A stretch of DNA of 64,000 nucleotides, taken from an uncultured Gammaproteobacteria bacterium (GTDB lineage: Bacteria; Pseudomonadota; Gammaproteobacteria; CAWCPV01). The position numbers and the translations under genes are program-made. The stretch spans positions 800,001-864,000 of the forward strand of contig CAWCPV010000003.1 in assembly GCA_963797555.1 (NCBI GenBank), written 5' to 3'. The notes below the pieces were generated by a model. It was not told the origin of the DNA. It saw only the letters and a program-made list of their open reading frames with translations, and ran no database searches. Shown here piece by piece: positions 8,750 through 18,725 of this stretch (position 1 is the first letter of the stretch; every line of letters begins with the position of its first letter).

Positions 8750-10349
8750 GGGCCGGCATCTCCTTTCTCGGGTGACTCTTGTGGCTTCAACGGGAGCATG
8801 CGACAGAACGGATCGACCAGCGCCCTGTCCTGGCGCTCCTGCTCGAAGGAAGCGTCGAGGCCGAGGAACATGATGGCTGGGTAGTCGTCTTTGAGGGACT
8901 GCACCAGGGTGCGCACGGCGTTCTGACCCTCGGCATCCTCGGGAAGGTAGAACAGCATGTAAAAGGTCTGGCCGCTGTCGCGGCGCTTGTCTGTGAGCAG
9001 ATCGGCGGTAAGCTTGATGCGCTCTTGAGCGCTACCCTCCGGCGCGCCGCGCTGCGGCCGAGAGAAGGCAGCCAACAGGTAATCGTCGATCGCGCGACGG
9101 AATGTCTGTGCGTCTGTCGCCTCCGGACTAAACTTCCTGCTCAGATGGTCCTGCAGGGCCGTCCTGGCTTTGGCGCCGGCGGGGTCGATCCCGCATTCGG
9201 GTATCTGCGGGAGGCTGAGCTCGCCTTCAGGCTGGTCGTCCTCCGCCTCGCGGTGACGAAGCCGGGTTTCGCGGCCGTCGACGCCGGCCATGATGATCTC
9301 GGCGACGGTCTTGATGCTGGCCGGCAGGGCCACCACGGCGGCGCCGAACTGGCTTCCGGTCCATTTGATCACGCCGTAGTCGTAGAGTGCGGGCACGATG
9401 AGCTGCGCGGCCTTCGCGAGGGTCTCGGCGGCGCTCGCGCTCTGTTCAGCGGCGCCGCCATCATCCTCGCAGAGCGAGCGGTGGGCCGCACGCAGGGCCT
9501 GGATCACTGGGCGTATATCGGTCTCCAGCAGGCGCTCAGCCAGCCGATCGACCCTTGGCTCGCCTTCGAGCCCGGCCGGCTCGTCGGGCATCCCGAGCTG
9601 TCCCGCCACGGCTTCGACCGCGCTCGATGAGCGAGCGAGCGCCTTTACGAGCCGGCCCTTTATCTTGGCAAGATGCGCACGCTGCTCGTCGTAACCAATC
9701 AAGTCGCGAAAGCGCTGGTCTTCCAGCAGTTGCCATACGGGGGTCGCGAACAGCTTCCTGGCGTTGAACTTCGGTGGAACGCTCTGCACCACACCGAGGA
9801 TCTTGCGGCCGACGAACACCGGCATGCCGGAGGCACCCTTCCAGTCATCCTCTTCTTCTGGGGCCACACCTCCACGGTCAGCTCGAAGTACGGTTCCCCA
9901 GGCGCCTTCGAGCAGACCTTGCCGATGAAGCTGCTGGGGTTGCGTTGGTGCTCGTATTTGGTTGCGCGGGGGAAGCCCTCGCTGACCCACTCCATGCCGT
10001 CGCGCGGCCTGTCGCAGGAAACGATGCCCCAGCCCGCGGCGTCGCGCGGCCGCGGGCAGCGGATCAGAGCGGCATCCAGGTCGCCCTGCCCCTGCCAAAC
10101 GATATCCGCGTCGGGGATCTCGTGCCACTCGGGTACAACGTCGGAACGGATGTAATGCCAGCGCAGCTTCACCGGATAGCGGTTGTCCCGGCAGTACGGC
10201 GGTTCCGGGTTCAGGACGTGGCGGGCGGTCAGGATCATGTCCTTACCGACGGGATAGCCGGTGGCGAGCTCGCCGCGCTTGCCTTTGAAGTCGGCTCCGG
10301 TCTCGTCCGTGGTTGGCACGAAGACCGCGATCAAAAGCGCCTTGTCCAT
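8746..10349 (-). CDS. Trypsin-like serine peptidase fused to an unassigned helical C-terminal domain; frameshift near 9866
   Basis: Catalytic triad motifs LTARHV (His), DLDAAL (Asp) and, in the next frame, WKGASGMPV (Ser); joins ORFs 9699-10349 and 8746-10128. Confidence 0.8.
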
Positions 10350-10389
10350 TCACCGACCCCCATCCTTCTCGCGATGCCACGTCCGCCCC

Positions 10390-10692
10390 CTAGTCGGGCA
10401 GGTCGTCCACGTCGGATACCTTGGCGGGCTCGCCTTGCGGCCCCACCACCGGCTTAAGCCTCAACTTGAGCTTCTGCGTCTTGGCCTCCGACGCCTTTCC
10501 CTCAGCGTCTGCGCTGAGCACCCAGAACTTGATGCCGAAACCGCCTTTGCCTTCTTGGGTGGCGGCCACCTGCAACTCGATCTCGATGTCATCGATGAGA
10601 AACTTCAGATCCGAGCCCTCACCCTCCCCTTGGGCCTGCAGCAACTCTGTGCGCAGTTGAGCAAGCATCTCCGACAGCGGAATCTTGTCCAT
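10390..10692 (-). CDS. Trypco2-like (trypsin co-occurring) small protein
   Basis: IPLSEMLAQLRTEL...LKFLIDDIEIELQV...GIKFWV...TQKLKLRLKP pattern; immediately upstream of the trypsin gene. Confidence 0.85.
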   Translation of the reverse strand: MDKIPLSEMLAQLRTELLQAQGEGEGSDLKFLIDDIEIELQVAATQEGKGGFGIKFWVLSADAEGKASEAKTQKLKLRLKPVVGPQGEPAKVSDVDDLPD

Positions 10693-10949
10693 ACGATCAC
10701 CTCGCGTGTGTGATTTGCGCGCGTTAAATCATCCTGGCTCCGTGGGTTTGTGTCGTTGTCACAACCTACTTATTTGATAGCCTTAAAGTAAGTATGTAAG
10801 CTCAGATGTCCCAAATTCACCGGCAGGTGAAATCCGAAACCGTTCATGCTAGAGCGGTCCGACCAAGAATTCTACACGTCGCACTGCAGCCTGGCGCCGC
10901 TGGGCTTGTTGGCCAAGCAGCCTCCCGGATGAGTTCGGCGCTGAGGGCC

Positions 10950-11270
10950 ATGGCGGAGATGTGCGTCGCTGAGCCGGGGACGCCCTATGGGGACCCGCTC
11001 TTCGCCGAACGCGGGGAACGCGCCATCGAAGATGGGTTTCCCGTCGAGGCAGTGAGCGAAGTCGCCGAAGTCGAGAGCTGGCGCAAGGAAATTTACCGAC
11101 CCGTCTACCACGTCCACAAAGTGGCGGGCTCAGCGCCTGGGTTCCGTCTTCCGCGCCGCCATGCTCGGGGCCGCGGCCCCAAGGGGTTCGGCGGTCATGG
11201 AGCTGTTCTACGAGCCTGTGCGCCCGCCGGGCGTCGTGGTTTTCGACCCGTTCATGGGGAGCGGACCGGA
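10950..11270 (+). pseudogene. 5' fragment of a DUF1156-type adenine DNA methyltransferase
   Basis: RAIEDGFP..ESWRKEIYRPVYHVHK / WRAQRLGSVFRA ... VVFDPFMGSG (SAM-binding motif I), then abrupt end. Confidence 0.75.
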
Positions 11271-11611
11271 GCTACGGGCAACGCTTCCCCGGGTCGTGCG
11301 CTCCGGCTTCTTGACCTCAATGGCTACGATGCGGTCGGCGTCCTTCGCCAGATCGTTCGCGTTCGCTCCGCGGCACTCGTCCGGTCTGTACAAGCCCATA
11401 TCCGGCGTGATCAGCGGGCCGCTGGCTCGGGTGCAGGTAAACCCGCCCAAGACGGCGAGCACCTGAGTGGCAAGGTACTCATCGAACGGGTCGCCCTGGG
11501 TGTTGCGCTTGTCACGAAGCTCGAACGGGAGCGGGTTCCTGCGTCGCCGAAGAACTGCCGCCGCAGCGTCATGAAAGCGATTGTTGGGAGGTCTGGTGCT
11601 TTGTTTTCCAT
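11270..11611 (-). pseudogene. 5' fragment of a putative restriction endonuclease
   Basis: ITPDM...IVAIEVKK is a PD-ExK motif; convergent with the MTase fragment; frameshifted and truncated. Confidence 0.55.
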
Positions 11612-11693
11612 TTGTGAGCACGCCGCTCGAAAGACGAGGCCCCTGTGACGCGTGCGCTCACGCCCACCTCTTCATTCTGTACGAGGAGTGTAC

Positions 11694-11766
11694 GGAATCC
11701 AGGAGCAAGGATGCCGAGGCATGCCGTCCGTGGCCTCTGGATTCCGGCTTCCCAGCCGGAATGACA
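11694..11766. repeat. REP-like palindromic element
   Basis: GGAATCCAG...CTGGATTCC inverted pair plus ATTCCGGCT-tccc-AGCCGGAAT-GAC hairpin. Confidence 0.6.
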
Positions 11767-11859
11767 CTCGAAACTTACGCTTGTGCGCCGTGGACTGGAT
11801 GTCGGGGATGAACGCCTCGGAAGGTGCAGGGTGCGGCAGCGACGGTTGAACCGAGCGGC

Positions 11860-12087
11860 TCAGTCGGTCTCCCGCAATTCCAGTCGGCGCTCGATGCGTT
11901 CGACGCGCCGCTCGAGATCCCGCACGCGGTCGTTACCCGCGTAGACGGCTGTGGTGAGTCCGGCGATCTGCTGGCCCAGCGCGGTGATCGCGACCTCCAC
12001 GCCAGTAACGCGGTTCTTGATGTCTGCGATATCCGCGCGGATGGTGCGCAAGTGCTCCAAGACGAGATTTTCGGTCTGCTCGGTCAT
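11860..12087 (-). CDS. Small coiled-coil hypothetical protein
   Basis: ENLVLEHLRTIRADI...RVERIERRLEL, a heptad-rich 75 aa ORF. Confidence 0.7.
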   Translation of the reverse strand: MTEQTENLVLEHLRTIRADIADIKNRVTGVEVAITALGQQIAGLTTAVYAGNDRVRDLERRVERIERRLELRETD

Positions 12088-12374
12088 GTCTCAAGCCCTT
12101 ATACCCAAGCCCCGCGCCCAATTCCGATCATGCCCGCAGTATAGCACTGACCGCCCCCGCATCTGCGCTATGCGGTCCTTGCTGTATAGCTCCGATTTCT
12201 CTGGACACGAAGAGAAGTGATACTTGAACCGTCGTGCAGAGGAGATCGGAGATGGGCAAGAAGTCCACGTTGAGTGCTGGAGAGCGTGGCCATTAACCGT
12301 CGGCTCTCCGCTGCTCAGGACGCCATCGATCGCATCGATATGGCGATCCCAAGCAAGGCGCGACAGGAACGCCC

Positions 12375-12510
12375 GTGAACCACGACCACCGGGTTCTGTG
12401 GTCGCTGCCCGAGGCCGCCCGACAGCTCGGCGGGCTGTCCGTGCGAACTATCCAACGCGAGATGCACCGCTTACCAGATCCTCTGCCGCACCTGCGCATC
12501 GGTCCTGATC
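12375..12510 (+). pseudogene. Excisionase/MerR-like HTH remnant
   Basis: LWSLPEAARQLGGLSVRTIQRE...LRIG pattern near the tRNA 3' end. Confidence 0.45.
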
Positions 12511-12974
12511 AGCGCGGAGGAGGCCCGGGCGTGGGTCGCTCGGCGGATGCGCGGCGGGCAACCCAGCGAAGTTCCCCGCCCGGGCACCCGCGGCTGTGGA
12601 TGCTTTTGCTGGCACCCCATCGCGTCCGAATAGCGAGGTTAGAGCGAAAGTTCGGCCGTCGGAGGGCGCGACCTATTCTGCCGTAAGGCTGAGGGGCCAG
12701 CCAAAGGACACCTTCGTTCAAGGCGGCCGGCTTCGTAGGACGCCCCAGGCGCCGCGATCTCGCCCGAACCTATACCCTGAGAATCCCCCCGACCTGGACC
12801 CCGCCCATGCGCGGGGTTCTTTAATTGTACCCGCGTGGTCACTGTAACAGCGTTACAGTTCGTCACAGGTAACACCCCGGTCGGGTCTGTGACGCCCCTG
12901 CCGGATTCTATGACAAATCCCGTGACATGGATTCTGCTGTGACTCGCCGACTCTTGAAAACCCTCGTGAGAGTG

Positions 12975-13047
<73 letters not shown>

Positions 13048-13089
13048 CGGCACATTACATCACAGCGCATGAGCCGATTTCAACAGACA

Positions 13090-13166
13090 TGGGGTGAGCG
13101 ATGGGACTCGAACCCACGACAACCGGAACCACAATCCGGGGCTCTACCAACTGAGCTACGCCCACC
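13090..13166 (-). tRNA. tRNA-His(GTG)
   Basis: G-1 present, anticodon arm CCGGA-TT-GTG-GT-TCCGG, TTCGA loop, CCA end. Confidence 0.96.
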
Positions 13167-13180
13167 ATCGAGTGATGCTG

Positions 13181-13257
13181 TGGCGCGCCCGGCAGGACTC
13201 GAACCTGCTACCCTCGGCTTAGAAGGCCGATGCTCTATCCGGATGAGCTACGGGCGC
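13181..13257 (-). tRNA. tRNA-Arg(TCT)
   Basis: GCGCCCGTAGCTCA..., anticodon arm TCGGC-CT-TCT-AA-GCCGA, CCA end. Confidence 0.96.
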
Positions 13258-13287
13258 GTGACTTGAGGACATTGGCACACCTCAAAG

Positions 13288-13364
13288 TGGTCGGGGTAGA
13301 GGGATTTGAACCCCCGACAACCTGCTCCCAAAGCAGGTGCGCTACCAGGCTGCGCTATACCCCG
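13288..13364 (-). tRNA. tRNA-Pro(TGG)
   Basis: CGGGGTATAGCGCAG..., anticodon arm CCTGC-TT-TGG-GA-GCAGG, CCA end. Confidence 0.96.
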
Positions 13365-13412
13365 CGTGACGCCTCGCCCGAACTCCCGATTTGGGCGCTA
13401 TAAGCTGCCCCA

Positions 13413-13441
13413 ATGATACGTTGCAACATCCCCCAGGTCAA
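13413..13441 (-). promoter_or_regulatory. Sigma70-type promoter of the tRNA operon
   Basis: TTGACC-N17-TATCAT about 50 bp upstream of tRNA-Pro. Confidence 0.65.
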
Positions 13442-14172
13442 CGCGGAAGCACGACCCGTCCAACTCCCTCGATGAGGGCAGGTGGCGAGGGGTGGGATTG
13501 GGGATTGCGTAAGACGAAAGACTGAGGCGGGGAGCCAACCGATGGAGAACCTTCCAGCCGTGATGGGGTTGAGGCGATTCTTCCGGTGCACGCAGAGAGT
13601 AGGCCAGGTTCTGCCGATGCGATAGGTTGAAGTGGGTCGTCTCCGTTGCCGCCTGGTTTCCCGGCTGTGCCACAATATCTCAACCCTACGTCTATGCCCG
13701 GCCCGTCGCAGGTAGGCTCGGGGACTGGTGCTTTCGGCCGATGAGGCCGGACTCCAGGGTCCGCGTACAGCCCAAAGCTGACGGCACAGCCACGGCCTAC
13801 TCCACTTGGTCCAGCGCTGGTTGCTTCCCCCCCTCAGGCCGGATAGGGCAACCCTTTCGCTCCCGCCCCACTACACAGGACCTTCGTCACTGCCGGGTCG
13901 GAAGAGGCGCCCGCAGGGCTGACCTTCGCCTGCCGCTCAAAGCGCGCCCGCAGTACTCCCTTACACAGCTCTCTCACAGAGCCGTCTTCAGGAAGATTCA
14001 ACCTAAACTCGGCAGTTGACCGAGGCCATGAATCGCTGAAAGCCAGTATTGGTGCGGCATTCCGAGGCTTTCGAGCAGCTGCGGAGCAGTTACTTTTGGG
14101 TGATGCCCGAGTCATAAGGACGTCCACTGCGATCAGCCACTTGCCGGGAAATTACTGATTCGACTCCCGAAT

Positions 14173-15711
14173 CTAGCAGCCTGTCGGACTTGAGCTTCCC
14201 AAGACCATCCCAAACCGTTTCAGTGTTGCTTTTGCACCAAAATGGGCGATTTAGGGCCGGAATTTGGCCATTTTTCCGCCAACTTCCCGGTTACAGACGC
14301 AATACGGCCATGCGCTTCAGATTCCACGCGAGACAGACCAGCGTCCATTCGTTGCGGACGTTTTCCAGGCCGCGCAACAGAAACTGACGAAAGCCCATCA
14401 CCGACTTGAGGATGCCGAACACCGGCTCCACCGTCTGCTTGCGTAGGGCATAGGCTGCTTTGCCTGCGCGGGTCTTGAGCCTGTGCTTCATCGTCTCGAG
14501 CGGCGCCGCCTTTTCCGGCAGGGGCTGCGGCTCGCTGAAGCGTTGCTTCCAGTCAGGATGGTGCTCTTCGCGATTTACCGCGATCAGCGGCTCGATCTCG
14601 GCGTCTTGGCAAGCGGCAGACATTCTTCTCGCTGTAATAGCCGGTATCGGCCGCCAAGGAGTCTCGGGCTATTCAGCCCCGCGGGCAGCGCTTGGAGCTT
14701 CTCCAGCATCGGCTGGAGCTGTTGCTTGTCGTTGGGCGCCTGGGTGACATGGGCGAGCAGCACCAGCATGGATTCGTTGTCCACGATGGCCTGGGCGTTG
14801 TAGCTCTGCTCGAAGCCGCCGCCCGACTCGGGCATGATCCGGGACTCTTCGTCGGTGAGGTTGATTCTCGTCGTCGGCACGCGGGCCGCTCTCGGGCGGC
14901 TTGGGCGCCCTGCCTTTGGGCTTCTTGCCGGTAGCGGCTGCCTGAGCCTCGCGGGCGGCCACCTTGGCCTCATACTCGGCCTGCTCGTGCGCGAAGCGCT
15001 CTTGCGCGCGCGCCTCGATTTTGGCCTTCGCCTCGGCGATGGCGGCCAGCCGCTCTTCCCGGCGCTTGAGCTCCTCCGGAAGGCTCATGCCGTCCGGGAT
15101 CGGCGTCTGGTCGGTGGCTTCGGCCAGCTTGAGCAGCTCCTGCACCTCGGCCTGGAGGCTCGCTTCAATCTTCTCGGCATGGCCATAAGACAAGGCACTG
15201 TGGCGGCTCGCGTTGGCGTGGATCTTGGTGCCGTCCAGGCTGACCGCGCCGAACCGCGAGAGCTGATTCTCCCGTGCCACTTGCAACACTTGCACGAAGG
15301 CCGATTCGAATTGCTTGCCAAAGCGCTGACGGAAGCTGGCCAGGGTGTCATGATCGGGGTGCAGGTTGCAGGCGATGTAACGAAACGCCAGGGAATCGTG
15401 AGGCTCGCGCGCTCGATCTTGCGGCTGGAGAAGGTGCCTGTGGCATACCCGTAGATCAACAGCGATAACAGCATCGCTGGGTGGTAGGCCACACTGCCTT
15501 TGCCCGCATAGGCGCGCTCCAGCTCGCTCAGATCCAGCCCTTCGACCACGTCTACCACGTAGCGGGCGAGATGCCCTTCAGGCAGCCACTCCTGCACCGA
15601 TGGTGGCAGTAAAAAGGCCGTGTCACGGTCAATCGGGCGGAAGCGGCTCATCACGGAACTCCTCGGGGCGGAGGCCGCTATTGTACAGGGATAAGTCCGA
15701 CAGGCTGCTAG
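14173..15711 (-). mobile_element. IS1182-family insertion sequence, frameshifted transposase
   Basis: Inverted ends CAGCCTGTCGGACTT / AAGTCCGACAGGCTG, each flanked by CTAG; motifs LLPPSVQEWLPEGHLA, SLDGTKIHANAS, RKQTVEPVFG. Confidence 0.93.
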
Positions 15712-16470
15712 GTTCAAGGAAGGGACCGAGGCTGACCGGCTTCACCCGCCCATACTCGCCGGACAGCCGGCGCTCGGGGAGCCCGCGTCCAACCCCGGTG
15801 ACGCCAGCGCTTGAACAGGTGCAACCACAATCGTCGCACGATCCCGGCCTCAAGACGGTGGAGAGCTTGCGCACGCGGGCCTTACAAAAGTACAAACCCC
15901 AGCCACGAATGACTGGGTCGATGTGCTCGATCAGCTCCCCGGTGCTGGAGAGGATTCGCCCGGGGATAAGCATACCGAATCCCCCGAACGAATCCGGGTG
16001 CGGATCTGCCTGGCGGCCATCGGCCGACTATCCCGCTTGACCGCTGCCCGCGGACATGGTTTCAGGTTTCTTCGGCGACAAGGTCGTCACCCCTAGCCAC
16101 TGCATTCCGCTGGGCCGCTTCAGCGCCGCATGGGCTTCCCGGGGGCTCCGGCAGGTTCACCCGCCAATCATCCGCGTCTCGGGTGATCCGAAAGCCGTTT
16201 CCGGGCATCTCCCCGTCCAAGGCCGTAAGCAGGAGATTCTGCCGGAGCAGACGCCAGTTCGCCTCCCGCTGCGCATCGAACGCCGCCCGGTCTTCTCGAT
16301 CGACGCGTCCGCCCCCCGGTTGCGCTCCACCCTCTCCCAGGCCATCTCCAAGTTCTTCCACTGCACTGGTCAATTTTGACCCCAGAGTGGGGACCTTCCT
16401 TTCCCTATGGGGTCAAGCCAGTCCGCCAGTCTCTTCGGCCGCTGTCGTTCGAGTCTTTCACTGAAGGAAC
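15712..16470 (-). pseudogene. Group II intron reverse transcriptase/maturase remnant with large internal deletion
   Basis: N-terminal WKNLEMAWERVERNRGA and maturase-type LIEHIDPVIRGWGLYFCKARVRK...LPERRLSGEYG; RT core missing. Confidence 0.65.
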
Positions 16471-16671
16471 TGGTCCACGTCATCGGCCTCACTCACCCGC
16501 TCGCCGGCTCTACCCAAGCCCCTCTGCCTTACCCCCCCCTGCCCATACCGGCCCGAAAAGGCTCGAGTTTCGAGATGAGGCGATGTCCAACCTCACGATT
16601 CAGCCCGAGCCTTTCAGAGCCAGTGGAACTACAGGCTCCTGGCGAAGGACACTGGATGAGGGTATTTTAGG

Positions 16672-17349
16672 GTGAGTTCTTACGGTAGGGTTTTGGTTGA
16701 CACAGTGTCACGGCCCGCCTTGGAGTTGCATGAATCGTCCGACGCTCTCGCGCGCCGCGCGGCCGAGCTGGTCGAGGCGGGCCGTTGGCTGGCGGGCCGC
16801 GGGTGGGTGCCGGCGACGAGCGGCAACTTGTCCGCGCGTCTCGCAGGCGATCGCGTCGCCATCACCGTCTCGGGCCGGCACAAGGGCCGTCTGGCACCGG
16901 AGGACATCATGCTGGTGGATGTCGAGGGGCGCTCGCTGGACGGCAAGCGCGCCTCTGCCGAGACGCTCCTTCACACCTCGCTCTACCAGCGTTACCCGGA
17001 CGTGGGGTCGGTGTTGCACGTTCACTCGGTGAACGCGACGCTGATCTCCCGGCGCCGTCAGGGGGAGCTGGTGCTGCACGGCTATGAGCTGCTGAAGGCT
17101 TTCCGGGGCATCGACACCCACGAGACCAGCGTCGCCGTGCCGGTCTTCCCCAACGACCAGGACATCGCGCGCCTGGCACGGGCGGTGGAGGCGTACCTGG
17201 ACGAGCGGGCGCCAGTACACGGCTACCTCATCGCGGGACATGGCCTGTACGCCTGGGGTACCTCGGTGGAGGAGGCCCTGAGGCACGTAGAGGCATTCGA
17301 CTTTCTGTTCGAATGCGAGCTTCGACAGGAGGGGATCTGGCAACGATGA
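16672..17349 (+). CDS. mtnB: Methylthioribulose-1-phosphate dehydratase
   Basis: GWVPATSGNLSAR, SAETLLH, LHVHS, GHGLYAWG class II aldolase motifs; start uncertain. Confidence 0.93.
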   Translation: MSSYGRVLVDTVSRPALELHESSDALARRAAELVEAGRWLAGRGWVPATSGNLSARLAGDRVAITVSGRHKGRLAPEDIMLVDVEGRSLDGKRASAETLLHTSLYQRYPDVGSVLHVHSVNATLISRRRQGELVLHGYELLKAFRGIDTHETSVAVPVFPNDQDIARLARAVEAYLDERAPVHGYLIAGHGLYAWGTSVEEALRHVEAFDFLFECELRQEGIWQR

Positions 17350-17906
17350 GCAGCCTCACTATCTTCCTCGAGGATAGCCCCGAGCGCGGCGAGCTGGTCA
17401 GCGAGCATCACGAGATGGCCGCCCGGCTGGCGCGAGTGGGTGTCACGCTGCAGCGCTGGGAGGCCGACCGGCCGCTTCCGGCCACCGCATCCGATGAGGA
17501 GGTCATTACCGCCTACCGCGAGTCCGTCGACCGGCTTATGCGGGACTTCGGCTTCCAGTCGGTGGACGTGGTCGGCATGCGCCCCGACCACCCCAAGAGG
17601 GAGGAGCTGCGACAGAAGTTCTTGGACGAGCACGCCCACGGCGACTTCGAGGTCCGTTTCTTCGTGGAAGGCCGCGGCATGTTCTACATCCACACCGCCG
17701 GGCGGGTGTACGCCATGCTCTGCGAAAAAGGCGACCTCATCAGCGTGCCGGCCGACACCCCGCACTGGTTCGACATGGGGCGGCAGCCCAGCTTCCGCTG
17801 CATCCGGCTGTTCACCACACCGGAAGGCTGGGTGGCGAGCTTTACCGGCAGCCCCATCGCGCGCCGCTTCCCGACCTTCGATGCGCTGGTCGCCCGGACG
17901 GCATGA
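17346..17906 (+). CDS. mtnD: Acireductone dioxygenase
   Basis: [20 protein letters not shown]...[14 protein letters not shown] cupin motif. Confidence 0.94.
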   Translation: MSSLTIFLEDSPERGELVSEHHEMAARLARVGVTLQRWEADRPLPATASDEEVITAYRESVDRLMRDFGFQSVDVVGMRPDHPKREELRQKFLDEHAHGDFEVRFFVEGRGMFYIHTAGRVYAMLCEKGDLISVPADTPHWFDMGRQPSFRCIRLFTTPEGWVASFTGSPIARRFPTFDALVARTA

Positions 17907-18593
17907 TCCGGGCCGTCGTCACGGACATCGAGGGGACGACGTCCTCGCTCTCCTTCGTCAAGGATGTGCTGTTCCCATACGCCCGCAAGCACATCGCAAA
18001 GTTCCTGGAGCAGCACCGCAGCGAGCCGCAGGTGCTCCATCAACTGGACGAGGTGCGCCGGATGGCGGGCAAGAGCCTCAGCGACGAAGAGGTGGCCGCT
18101 GAGCTGGAGCGCTGGATTCGCGAGGACCGCAAGGCGACCCCCCTCAAGACGCTGCAGGGAATGATCTGGGAGGCGGGCTTCCGCGGGGGTCGCTTCCAGG
18201 GCCACGTCTACGAGGACGCCGTGCGCCGCCTGCGAGAATGGCGCGCGCGGGGGATCCGGCTCTACGTGTTCTCCTCCGGCTCCGTGCAGGCCCAGAAGCT
18301 GCTCTTCGGCCACTCGGCGCACGGAGACCTCACGCCCCTCTTCTCCGGCTACTTCGACACCACGCTCGGGCCCAAGAGGGAGCCCGAATCCTACCGCGCC
18401 ATCGCCCACATCATCGGCCAACCGCTCTCCGAGACCTTGTTCCTGTCGGAACGTCCCGGCGGAGCTGGACGCCGCCCGCGAGGCCGGCATGCTGACGGTG
18501 CAGCTCGCACGCCCGGAGGACTATCCGCAGGCCGCGGGACAGAAGGCCGGCGGCCATCCGATCGCGCACAGCTTTGACGAGATCCGTCTATAG
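17903..18593 (+). CDS. mtnC: Enolase-phosphatase E1, +1 frameshift near 18450
   Basis: [22 protein letters not shown]; the shifted frame continues [14 protein letters not shown]...HSFDEIRL*. Confidence 0.9.
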
Positions 18594-18725
18594 CCGACTG
18601 GGCGAACCCGCCGGCCACTCTCCGCTGCCCGCGCTCTCGACTCTTCCGGCTCGTAGCCGAGCCAGGGGCCTGGCCAGCGCTCCACGGTCCGCACGTCCAT
18701 GCTTCTGCGGCGAGCGCACAGCGTC

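Noticed and set aside
13450-14170. ORFs between the tRNA promoter and IS1182, or the 3' end of the group II intron
   Set aside because: No protein motif and no domain V consensus found
15712-16470. RT-like remnant as the DGR reverse transcriptase
   Set aside because: Motifs are group II intron maturase type, the catalytic core is missing and no template repeat is adjacent
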